A DNA stretch of 64,000 nt from Glaucostegus cemiculus (lineage: Eukaryota). The notes under the pieces were generated by a model. The model had not been told where the DNA came from and made no database searches. It saw nothing but the letters and a program-made list of their open reading frames with translations. The translations under genes and the position numbers were made by a program. Shown piece after piece: positions 1 to 11,115 of this stretch (within the stretch, counting starts at the first letter, position 1; each line of letters opens with the position of its first letter). The stretch spans positions 1-64,000 of the forward strand of contig CDPCPM010000062.1 in NCBI GenBank assembly GCA_976551045.1. The letters run 5' to 3'.

Positions 1-233
1 GGCGTTGTCTGTCATAATTCATGCTTCTGCCTTTGGGAAAACAGCCTGACGTGCCAAGGAGGGAAAAAAAAAGAGGGGAGGAAAAAAGAAAAGAAACAAA
101 ATATAAGGGCAGAGTTTTGATGGAGTTCGGACAACTTTTTCTTTTGCGAATTTCCCCACACCTAGAGAGAGAGAGAGAGAGGAGGAGGAGAACTACTTTT
201 GGCTTCGCAGGTTCTGGGCTTCAACCTCTCGTC
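1..233 (+). other. rarb: 3' part of the RARB (beta2-type) 5'UTR, with upstream ATGs at 21 and 120
   Basis: Directly upstream of ATG 234. Blocks TTGTCTGTCATAATTCATG, ACGTGCCAA, GGGCAGAGTTT-GATGGAGTT and CCACACCTAGAG match my recollection of the mammalian RARB2 leader (not aligned computationally). The promoter and its RARE would lie upstream of the window. Confidence 0.8.
164..190. repeat. (GA)n/(GGA)n microsatellite in the 5'UTR
   Basis: Seen directly. Confidence 0.9.
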
Positions 234-391
234 ATGTTTGACTGCATGGATGTTCTCGCAGTCAGTCCCGGGCAAATGCTGGATTTCTACACTCCGAGCC
301 CGTCTTCTTGCATGGCTCCAGGAGAAAGCTCTGACTGCATGCTTCAATGGACTGACACACAGGGACTGGCAACAGAAGCCCAGCACTCAAT
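234..391 (+). CDS. rarb: Retinoic acid receptor beta, isoform beta2 first coding exon (A region), with an apparent 1-bp insertion at 314-315
   Basis: [27 protein letters not shown] in one frame, then [25 protein letters not shown] in the next frame, matches the RARB2 N-terminus ([53 protein letters not shown]). Phase-1 donor T|GTAGGT at 391/392. Confidence 0.95.
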
Positions 392-458
392 GTAGGTTCT
401 CTTTATTATTGTTCTTCATAATGCATATGGTAGAAAACGCTGCGTGTCCGCTTATCTT

Positions 459-494
459 TCTCCCCCCCTCTCCCTCTCTCTCTCTCTCTCTCTC
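459..494. repeat. (CT)n microsatellite
   Basis: Seen directly. Confidence 0.9.
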
Positions 495-703
495 TGATAT
501 ACAACCCTCTTCTCTTCCCTGCTCTGTCCTCAGACATTGCACCGAGGTTTGATCTGTTGTGCTGGGCATCAGTGCTTTGCCGTGGATAGTGACAGCGGTG
601 TGAAAAGTAACTGGATACTTTTGCCACTTCAACACTGGCGTACGCATCTTTACATAGTGTGCCGAGGAATGCGGCTGGTAAACAGTGGCACAAGCGTTAA
701 GGT

Positions 704-728
704 TAGAGAGAGAGAGAGAGAGAGAGAA
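704..728. repeat. (GA)n microsatellite
   Basis: Seen directly. Confidence 0.9.
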
Positions 729-3700
729 ACACACACAAAACTGGAAATGAAACACTCACTCTCTCGGTTTCCCCGTTTGAAGGTTGCAAGCGAGCAGGGA
801 GCCGAGAGGTTGCCCCGTGTCTGGCTGGACAGGGCTTCCAATAAATCTCCATCAGTTCCTCCTTAGCTGTCTGTCTTCAGCAGGGAGAGAATTTACAGCG
901 GTTCTTTTCCAAGTGTCACTCTCGTTCATTCATTTCCACCGGTTGTTATTTCCATCTTTAATGTAATCGCCTGAATGGTATTTCAGCAGAATAAGTACAA
1001 GAGTCTGGCTCTGTTCGCGGTGTGTGGTTTTATTTTTTTTTTCCCCCTGCGAGGTGAAGTGGCTTTTCACGATCGTGCTGCCGTCTCTTGTAAACATCAA
1101 ACATTGTTTTAGTTTAAAAAAAAACATTTTTTGAGGAGAAAACAAATAAAGACTTTACCTTATCAGAAACATCGTTTCTGGGCTGGTAAACGAAGAATTG
1201 CGGATGAAAGATTAGCACAAAACAATCAAAGAAATGGCCAAACCCCTAACATCAGTTATAAACGTGAGAAAATAGATTCTTAAAATGATTTTAGCTTAGT
1301 GCTTCTCTCTGAGTGTTATTTTCATTAAGATTGGGCAGTTGCGCACATCCTTAATTTGTCGAATAATATTTTCATTGTACAGACGCCTCGTTTATTCACA
1401 TCGAAGTATTTATCATTCGACTTTCTGTTCGGCAGCCTAGTGCCATAATGTCCCAAGCTGTAATTGCGATTTTAGTTTCACCCGCCAACACAAAAGCCCG
1501 TCATCGATTTTTTAAAGAGTATTTTCAGTTTATTTTTGATGTGTTTTTTTTAATGCGAATTGAGAAAACATAATGTTACTATACATATAGCATTCAGGGA
1601 AACGCTAGGCGATTAAATGATGGTTTTATTTCAGCCATGAATAAGGAGCAGCTACGGTACAAAAGCAGATCATAGAGGGTAAATCTGGAGGTAATATTGC
1701 CCCGGAATAGCAGTGACCACAGACCTTAGTATTTCCTGGTTTGCTGTTCCTCATTAAGCACTTTGTGGCTCTGTGTTTATTAATGGCTAGCAGAGACGGC
1801 AGATTGATTGCATTGACCTGCCAGCATCTCTGAAAACCTTTTTTCATTGTGCCAGTGTAATGAAAAGGAGATTGAGAGAGCTGACAATACTAAGGTTTTA
1901 GTAATGTAATAATGTTGTAAGAGACACCTTAAATTACCTGTTTGATGTACATTCAGCAATTTCAGCTGTTAAAGGAAAAAAAATCAATCCATGGTACAGT
2001 AACTTGTCCCCTGTGTACTGCTAACAGCTGTGCGCTGCTTTTCTTAAGCACTTTTCACTTCAAAGTTTTATGGGCAAATCTCAGTGTCTTTTGGGGTTTA
2101 ATTAAGTTATTACAATGAAAACCGATGCAGATATAACTCAATTCCATTGCAGTTTTAGTGCAGGAACACTGCTTGCTTGTATTGTGAGGTTCCTCAGGTC
2201 AAATTATTAATTCATTGTGCTTTTATAACTACTTAAGCATGATTACTCACCTATTAAGCACTGTCTATAACTAAGATGGCACTGGCATCTTTTATAAATG
2301 GAACACAATCTGTTCTGATTTAAGGTAAACAGATAGTGTGCAGGAGTGCTAGCAAAAAGTATTGAATGTTGCTGCCTTAGAGAAGACAAAATTTAATTGT
2401 TTTTATCTATAACTGAGGTGTACCTTTCCCTACAAGTGCTGTGCTTTAATCATTAATTTGTCAAGAAATAAATAGATTTAAAAAATATTGTCCAAAAGGA
2501 AGGTATGCATTTTTTTTTTCCCCCTCAGTACTTTTCAATGTTGCTCAAAATATCTCCACTAGGAGGTGTGTGACCCAGCCTAGGTGACACTCCCTCTTGG
2601 TAGGTAAATGTTTGATTTCTGCCTGGTAACTCCCCATGGTACCAATGTTGAGATCATGTATTTGGCATTTAACTCCCAGGTGGTAGACAGCTTATGGCCA
2701 ATGAATCCCTAATCTTCAGTCTGTTTGTGGCTTCAAAACAATGTGCTGCATCAGCATAAAGTGCTTAAAAATAAGAGTATAACAAGAAATTTCATTTTGT
2801 GTCAGCATGTCTAAATGTTTTCTCTAATCTTATCCATGTAAGAGGGACATACTGATTTATATGGGAAATAGTAATAGAAATCATCATCGATAGATGGATT
2901 AAATTAAATGAGCATTCACATTGCTAGAATGAGCATACATGTTAAAAAAATTGTTTCTTAGATAGTTATCTGCCACTGATAATGAGCATATTTTACATTG
3001 AAAGGGGAGACGTGGAGATGTTTTCAGCACATAGCTCCTCGTTCTGGCATAAATCATTCATCGTCGCTGTAATGAATATTGAACAGCAATAATATTTCTA
3101 TTCATTATTAGCACTTCCAAATCTTGTTTTTTATTAGGGCAAATATTAAACTATTATTAATAAATGTATCTTACTACTAACTTTAAAAAGTTAAATCCAA
3201 TTTTGAATATTGATAAACATTTTTTAAAATAACCAAAGACTGTTGGTTTCTGCGCCAGTGTGAATGTGAATAATATGCCATATTTGTGGAGTCTTAAACC
3301 ACTTCCTGATCCTACTGCTCACTTCCCCACTTAATAAGTTTGATTAACATTATAACATATTCGTGCAGACATTAGGCTCAATGACTTTAAGCATGTGATG
3401 ACAAATGAAGTAGCAATTTGAGAATGCAGTATGAGAAGAAGATTTCAAAATATAATCTTGAAATACATGAGAATTTAGTTTAGTTTTACAGATTATATTT
3501 TAAGTTTCTAGGACAGCTGTTTTCCACACACAGTTTAATTCATCAGTTCATCGTCATCATATTGACTGACAAATTGTTAGTTGCATGATTATAGGAGCCT
3601 TAAAATGGAGTGAGGAAGCAATTTCCAATGTTGTGTAATTGTAACAGCAACTTGGTATTCATCAGTGTCACATCCCACTGCATTTAATCTGGGATATGTA

Positions 3701-4059
3701 ATGGTACTTTGAAAGAAAGGTTTAATTAAGTAATGTAGCACTGGTTTTGTTCAAGCCGAAATGAGGCAGGATTAATGCAAGAAGTGATTGTCGTGATGAG
3801 TCACTTTAGGGGCTCTCTGTTCGGGGGGTGCATGTGCTATAATCGTGTCCAAAAACCATGGTTATAGTCAGGCCATAGAGAAACAGCCCTTTGGTCTGTC
3901 ATGTTCTTGCCAACCATTGTACTTACCTATACTAGTTCCATTTACTTGCAAACAGTCTTTTCAAAAAAAAAAATCAGGGTACTGATTGAACATTGGTATT
4001 TAATTATAAAAATGCTGTGAATTTGTTCCTGTTAGCTAGACAGTAGGAGCCGTAACTAA

Positions 4060-4900
4060 CCATAGAATACTCACCACAGTGATTTTTTTCCTGACTTGAT
4101 GTATCAAAAGCAGATGTTGATGGTGCAATGGACCAGTTGTTGGTCACAGTAAAAGTTGCAACAAAGATAAATTATAAGAAAAGAAATAGGTGTTTGTTTT
4201 GCATGTTAAAATAAAGTTTTTTTTGAGAATACTTCATTCACTGGTTGTGCTCATCAATGACAGGGCCAGCAGTGGCTCCCGAAACAGTGATGGTGAACTG
4301 CCTTTTTACAATAGTGCAGTTCTTGTGATGAACACCCTCCAGATGTGCTGTTGCATGGGAAATACCAGGACCTTGAACCAATCTCAGGAAGGCATGCTGA
4401 TACATATCCAAGCAGAGAGAACGGTATCTGCTTTGTTCTTCCAGATAGTTGATTCAGGAAAGGATCTCAAAGAAGTTTGAAGAGTGCATCTTGTAGATAG
4501 TATACATTGTGGCCATATTGTTTTGATGGTGGAGAGACCAACTGTTTGGGGCAGTGAACTGGTGCCAGTTAAGTGACTGATTGGTACTTGGTTGAGCTGC
4601 ACTCAGTGTTCAACCAAGTCAACTCCAGAGCATTCCATCACCTTCTCAGCTTGTGCTTTATAGGTAGTGTGAAAGGTTTGGAGCATAAAGTCAGTCACTA
4701 GTCACAGAACACCTAGCTTCAGAGCTGGTCATATTTGGCAGATCAAGTTAATTTTCTGATCAGTTGTGACCCCAGAATAATGGTAGTGTTGCTGTGTGTC
4801 AAGGAGAGATGTTGAAGGGAGGTGGTTGGGTTCACTCTTGTTGGCGATGACCTTTGCCTGAATGTCACTTTTTACTTATCGGCCAAAGCTTGTCAAGTTG
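4060..4900 (-). mobile_element. Old, degraded LINE fragment (CR1/L2 group)
   Basis: Reverse-complement similarity to the better preserved copy at 52555-53030 (e.g. AGAGCATTCCATCAC vs GCGATGGAATGCTCT). Confidence 0.55.
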
Positions 4901-5247
4901 CTGACAGATTTCAGGGCTCAAACCAATATTTTTGTGACGTAGAAGAGGAACAGGGGCTTGAAGTGCAATTGTGTTAACCAATAAACGTTTCTTATTTCTC
5001 CTGGTTAGTGGAGCAGGCTTTTAACATCTTATTCCAGAACAAGTTCAGAAGCTTCATAATTGAAGATGCTCTGGATGGAAATAATTGTATTATTTAGTCC
5101 ATTGTGCTGCATTTTGATTATTTAAAATGCAAACTAAATGATTTTGTTATACATCCTAAAATTACACCGCTGTTTCTTTGTAAGATGACAAAAGAGGAAA
5201 AAAGGCATGTCTTTCATCGTTTCAAAGCTCGCTCACTCTCTGCAATG

Positions 5248-5875
5248 TTGGTCTTGGTTTATTATTGTCACTTGTACCGAGGTACAGTGAAAAGCTTGTC
5301 TTACAAACCAGTCGTACAGGTCAATTCATTACACAGTGCAGTTACATAGTTAGTACAAAGTGCATTGAAGTAATACAGTGAAAACAATAACAGTACAGAA
5401 TAAAGTGTCACAGCTACAGAGAAAGTGTAGTGCAATAAGGTGCAAGGTCGCACAAAGTAGAATGTGAGGTCACAGACCATCTCATTGTATAAGGGAACCG
5501 TTCAATAGCCTTATCACAGTAGGGAAGAAGCTGTCTTTAAATCTGGTGGTGCGTACCCTCAGGCTCCTGTATCTTCTACCCAATGGAAGAGGAGAGAAGA
5601 GAGAATGTCCCGGATGAGTGGGGTCTTTGATTATGCTGGCTGCTTCACCAAGACAATGAGAGGTAAAGACAGAGTCCAAGGAGGGGAGGCTGGTGTCTGT
5701 GATGCACTGGGCTGTGTCCACAACTCTCTGCAGCTTCTTACGGTCCTGGACAGAGCAGTTGCCATACCAAGCCTTGATGCATCCAGATAGGATGCTTTCT
5801 ATTGGTGTATCGGTAAAAGCTGGTGAGAGTCGAAGGGGACAAACCAAATTTCTTCAGCCTCCTGAGGAAGTAGAG
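5248..5875 (-). mobile_element. Non-LTR retrotransposon 3' fragment (Rex1/Babar-like, 'WYGNC...LQRVV' family A)
   Basis: ORF 5482-5847 IESILSGCIKAWYGNCSVQDRKKLQRVV...LPLGRRYRSL; tail AATAAACC. Near-identical copies at 53030 and 56486. Confidence 0.85.
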
Positions 5876-6824
5876 AAATTTGGTATGTTGCCACCAAGTT
5901 TATAAATTGTGTAAATATTTTGCATGCTGTGAAACTAGAACAATTGTTGATTGTACACTAATGGTATTTGATTGAAAATTAGGTGTTGAAGTCTCAAATG
6001 ATTCCAAAATAAAACAGGATGAGGCTTTATGACGTCAGTATCAGGCTGCATTTGCACAATCACTGGAGCACACTAATGTGTGACAGGAACACTTTGGACC
6101 AATGCTATAGTTACAGTCTAAGTGCTCAATGGTACTTTCAGTTCATTACTTCTAATTACTCTAATTGTGGACAGCAATCACCATTAATTCACCCTCGTGT
6201 TATTTAACAAAGTCACAACCAAAGTTTGTGAGGACAAAGCTTTTTACAACACACATGAATGATTTCCACAGCTGAAGTGGACACAGCATGGAAATGTGAT
6301 TGATCCACCACTTTGCTTTATTGGAATTATTGACAATTCTAGTGTTATATTAAGATTATAGAAATGCATTGGGAGGCATTTACTATACCATCAGCCACCT
6401 TATTTAAGAATCTTATTTGTATCCTGAAGTTTCAGAGAATTAGCCAGGTTGGAGAAGCCACTGTTCAACATATAGGGATAATTTGTAATAACATATAGAA
6501 CAGCTCAGAGTGAATAAAGAGTGGCCACAGGAGCTGGGTACATTGACAGGGCTATCTGAGATTAAAGGCAGGTTATTTATGGCTGCTTCAACAATTTATA
6601 AATTATTGACAACTAAAGTTAAAGGCTCAGGTATTTTTTGATGCAAGATTCTTTTACTGTAGTTCCTAATTTAACACTTGCTATATATCAAAACGGCTCT
6701 GGAGCTATGAAGATTGCCGCTAATTCCAGTCGTCACTCGGCTTCCTTTGAAATGTTTAAGATTTTTAATAGCACTTGCTAGTTACATCTTACACAGTCCA
6801 ATAACATTGATATAGTAAATTCAG

Positions 6825-6994
6825 TAGGCCCTCTCCAGGTTACGATAGGGTTCTGTTCCTGAGAACTGTTCATGAACCGCAATATATCTCAATAAAAACA
6901 TAGGCCCGCCAAGGGCAACACATAGTTAAAGTAGGCTGGTTTTCCCAAACACTCACTAGAGTGTACAGGCTGTTTATAACCTGGAGAGGACCTG
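6825..6994. mobile_element. MITE, Tc1/mariner (Tigger-like), ~170 bp
   Basis: Terminal inverted repeats TAGGCCCTCTCCAGGTTA / TAACCTGGAGAGGACCTG (16/18 match), followed by TA on the right side. Confidence 0.7.
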
Positions 6995-8147
6995 TATGTG
7001 ATTTTCTTTTAACAAAATAGATGATGCACTACTTGCCTTGCTAATTTGGACATAAATATTTTTGTTAAAAAAGTCATTGCACTAAAAATTTTAATATATA
7101 TCTTTAGGTTAAATTGCACATATTTCAGATGTGATTATCAATATGACATTCTGTAGAAATGTGATAACAGGATACTTTTAATGTTAAGTCCCAAAATCAA
7201 GACTTCTGCAAGGCAGAAAGGTGAACATTCATTCACTGGGATGAAGTAAGCCCCATATTAATTTCTTATGATACTTGTACAAAGTGATAGGAGTTATATG
7301 ATGAAAAGGTGGATTGGCTTTCCAACTTCTTATAATTTCTTACTGATGAATTAAAAATGTAAGCATGCAAGGACGGACAAGGAGTACTCCACATTATGAA
7401 TTATATATTTTCTTACCACTCCTGTCTTTTGATGTTTATCAATTCAAGCTGCAGACCATGCCTGTTTGGAATTAGCCTTACTAGCAGGATAACAAGTGTG
7501 ATCAAACGGAGCTCCTTCCAGGACTGACAGACTGACACTGTCAATTGAATCAGAGCAAAGCAAGAAATGCCACCACTAGCATTGAGCAGAGCTGAGCATC
7601 AGACTTTTTGATTAATAACACAGTATATGGAAACGTACTGTCTCTAGTCTGACACTTTGGAGTGCCCTGCAAGGGCACACAACTTCACCTTTTGTCTTTC
7701 CATTTTTTTTTCCTGGAAAATCTCCTTCCATTTGATTTCTAATTTTTTTTAAACTTTGTTTTGTTTTCCCAAGTCAACCACCCACATCAAAACATTCCTC
7801 TTGCCGGGGGTTGGTCTAAACCATCAACTCTTTCACAGACTTCACTATGTATTTGCCTGACACACTTTCTCGGAGATGATGGCCTCAGCAATGTGGATAA
7901 TTATTTTTTTCAGGGCCAGTTTTTTAAATGTGTTCTCAGAACTACCATTCTCCCCACCACTCACTCTCTCTCCTCCCAACCCAGTTTCCCATCCGGATCC
8001 ACCAGCTAACTATCCCATTAGAGACTGGAAAATGTGCGGCCGTGTGGAAGTCTGAACACAGCCATTTCCAATGCTACATTTCAAGCTCTTTCTCCTGGAT
8101 CAGGTTGCTGTTGCTGTTGCTGTTTCTGTGGCCATCACAGAGCTACT

Positions 8148-8205
8148 TAGAACATAGAACACTACAAGCACAGTACAGGCCCTTCGGCCCACAATGTTGT
8201 GCCAA
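8148..8205 (-). mobile_element. CR1 LINE 3' tail
   Basis: TAGAACATAGAAC...ACAGGCCCTTCGGCCCAC, the reverse complement of the CR1 3' ends elsewhere in the window. Confidence 0.75.
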
Positions 8206-8691
8206 TGTTTCCAGCTGGCATACCTGGTGATGTGATCCCTAAAGTCCCTTTCTTGAATAACATAATCCCCTTCCAAACCTTGGACAATTCTGTAAATGTT
8301 TACAGTAATGTTTTTTTACTTGCGTAATTATGGCACTCATTTAATAGCCAAAATATACACAAAATAGTAAGACAATTTTGTTCATTGCCATAGGTGTCAA
8401 GTGGGCATCATTTTTGACAACTGTTGTATCAACTTTCCAAGATTAAGTTTTGTTGTTAACACTTAACTGATGCATGCATGATCGGAAATTAGCAGGTGTT
8501 TTGTGACACCGATTCCTGTTGGCTCTTTTTGTCAGTTTGCTTTTTGGTCAAAGTTCTGAGTTGCTAATAAAGGTAGTTTTGGAGGCCTGTTGCAGACACC
8601 TGTTTCACAAACTGTTCGGAGCCATGTGTCACAGAGAGCCTAATCCCAGCAGTACTGAACAGTCAGACCTGGGTCAAATACACAGACTGAA

Positions 8692-8708
8692 GGGTCATTG
8701 GCAGTTCA
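8692..8708 (+). promoter_or_regulatory. Consensus DR5 retinoic acid response element
   Basis: GGGTCA-TTGGC-AGTTCA; both half-sites match RG(G/T)TCA with a 5-bp spacer. Function is inferred. Confidence 0.65.
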
Positions 8709-9056
8709 CTGTGTCCGATCTGGCAAGTAGCAAATCCCTCCCTCTTAAAGAGCATTAGCTCCTTCATTGCCTGCTCAGAAAAGAAAATTGACATCCTCCC
8801 AAGAAAAATGTAACTTGAATAGTTTGTGAAATTATAAGCTTGGTTTACAGTGTCAGATTGAAGCATGGTGCTCCATCAAGGCACCTAGACATGAAATTTA
8901 TAGTGAATGAACTAACAGGATTTGTGCAGTGATAGGGTATGGTAAATGAAGATATGTTGTGAGAGCTGACTGCTTTAATTAGTCTAAGATTCTTTAAATA
9001 TTTTAGGTTAAACATTTTTATTCAAACTTTTTTGTTGTTCTTTTTATTGTTACTTA

Positions 9057-9490
9057 AGGCTCAATTGATAGAAGTCACCTCGAAGTCAGAAGGTGAAGGG
9101 TTCAAGTGCCTCTTTAAGTCGAGCACTAATGATGCCGTACTGAAAGAGAGTGTGTTGTATTGTTAAATGGCACTCTTTGAATTCAGTGTTTATTGAGAAT
9201 GGCTTTTACATCAGTTGATAGAGCTGTGATATGATGACATCATTCATTCCATGTGCTCCTGACTATTTGTTCAAGTGGTTGTTAAAGATTCCCCAGCTGC
9301 TATCAGAAGAAGAGTAGGGGGTCCCCCTGACGTTCTCCCTGAAAACATTACTAAAAAGAGATTTATCATTTCTTTCAGTAAAATCTTCTGCTTAAAATGG
9401 CTATAGTGTATCCCTGATTAAATGTAATCATAATGAAAAACTAATATTGCTTATGTGATGTTTTGAAAGACTTGAGAGATATGATTAAGC
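9057..9490 (+). mobile_element. Old tRNA-head SINE with Deu-domain-like core (SacSINE1/AmnSINE-like)
   Basis: A-box-like GGCTCAATTG, B-box-like GGTTCAAGTGCC, core TAAAGATTCCC...GAAGAAGAGTAGGGG; related copies near 10630-10890 and 42635-43318. Confidence 0.6.
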
Positions 9491-9799
9491 TGTACTTAAA
9501 TCCTTTTTACCTTTATGAAAATGATCCTTAGAATGCCATATTAATTGCTCAAAAGTACATTGATACATTTGTAAAATTTTGAGAAACACCTTTATATAAT
9601 ATGGTAAAGCCATGACATAACACTTTGGGTGTGGAATTGTGTTTGGATGAAGTTTGTGTATTGAAAAACTGTTTTGCTCGATTTCATTGCTCTGAAATTC
9701 TTTGAGACCCGTTAATCCCACAAAGAGACCACAGTTACCATGTTCAGATTTCTGCTGGTTTTATAATCTATGCCCCAGAATTACAAGAGCAGTACGATT

Positions 9800-10090
9800 A
9801 TGGTACAACTTTATTAAAAAAAAAACATTGTACTGTGCAATTCTGGTCACCACACCATAGGAAGGATGTGATTGCACTGGAGAGGGTGTGAAGGAGATTG
9901 ACTGGGATGTTGCTGATCAGGTGGTGAATGCAGGTACTCTCATGACATGGAAGAAGTCTCGAGACAGGGGTCTGAATTGCCAAGGTGTAGAATGCTATGA
10001 ACCAAGTGTTGGTAAATGGGATTAGCGTGGTTAGATATTTGATGGTCAGCAAGAATGTGGAGCCTGTTTCTGTGCCGTATGATTGTGACT
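9800..10090 (+). mobile_element. Degraded CR1 3' fragments
   Basis: YCAILVTT/FWSPHHRKDVIALERV-type sequence (TTCTGGTCACCACACCATAGGAAGGATGTGATTGCACTGGAGAGGGTG). Confidence 0.7.
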
Positions 10091-10332
10091 TTTCACAGAC
10101 TAGAAAGATTCCTGGTCTGATCCCTGATCTGCATTGAATTAACTGTTTTCTGGCCAAAGTGTAGTGGGTCTACAACTTGCATTACCTTAATGAAAACACT
10201 CATTGTTGCTACAAGGGTGTTGGTTAAATTTGTCTGCCTGGATAACTCCTTGAAAGAGCCAGCACAGATTCAGTGTGCTGAATAGTCTCCTGTGCTGTGA
10301 TTCTAAGATGTCCTGCAGTAATTTGTGGACAT

Positions 10333-10592
10333 TTTATATTTTTTATATTTTATATTTGATTTACAGCATGGTAACAGGCCCTTTTGGCCCAACGAGTCCA
10401 CGCCGCCCATTTTAAACCCCCAAATTAACCTACCTGTACGTCTTTGGAACATGGGAGGAAACCGGAGCACCCGGAGGAAACCCGCGCAGACACGGGAGAA
10501 CGTACAAACTCCTTACAGTCAGCGACAGGAGTCGAACCCCAATCGCTGGCGCTGTAACAACGTCGCGCTAACCGCTACGCTATCGTGCCGCC
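10333..10592 (-). mobile_element. Young tRNA-derived V-domain SINE (HE1-like) with CR1-like tail
   Basis: Minus strand: A box TAGCGTAGCGG, B box GGTTCGACTCC, V core GGGTTTCCTCCGGGTGCTCCGGTTTCCTCCCA, AT-rich tail; CpGs retained. Confidence 0.9.
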
Positions 10593-10929
10593 ATAATCTG
10601 GAATGTCACTCATATAATAGTGATTGAGTGCAATCTTGTCACTGCTGTTGTCTGGCAGAAACTGTCTATCCTGTAGATGAACCCATGATACGATTTGAAA
10701 AATATAGAGTTCTTCCTGGAGTCATACCTGACATTTATCCCTTAATAGTGTAAAGATATAATCTAGTCATTTATTGGTGCCTGTATTAGCTGCCATGTTC
10801 CCACAGTAAGTGCAAAAAAAAAGTATTTGTTGAGTGTACCTTGGGATGTTCTGGAGACATTAGTGATACCATGTTCATAAAATGTTTGTTCTTATTTCAT
10901 AGGAGGTGTAGCTAAGTATCTAATGATGG

Positions 10930-11115
10930 TGACACAAGAGACTGCAGAAGCTGGAATCTGGAGCAACAAACAAAATGCTAGAGGAACTCAGGTCAGGCAG
11001 CATCTGTGGAGAGAAAAATGGGCAGTCAACATTTCAGGTTGAGACCCTTCATCTGGAGTGGCCATTTCCCTCCACAGCTGCTGCCTGACCTGCTGAGTTC
11101 CTCCAGCAGTTTGTT
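10930..11115. mobile_element. Penelope-like terminal-repeat hairpin insertion with 14-bp target-site duplication
   Basis: GTATCTAATGATGG at 10916-10929 and 11116-11129; internal ~55-bp inverted repeat; hammerhead-like motif on the minus strand. Confidence 0.7.
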
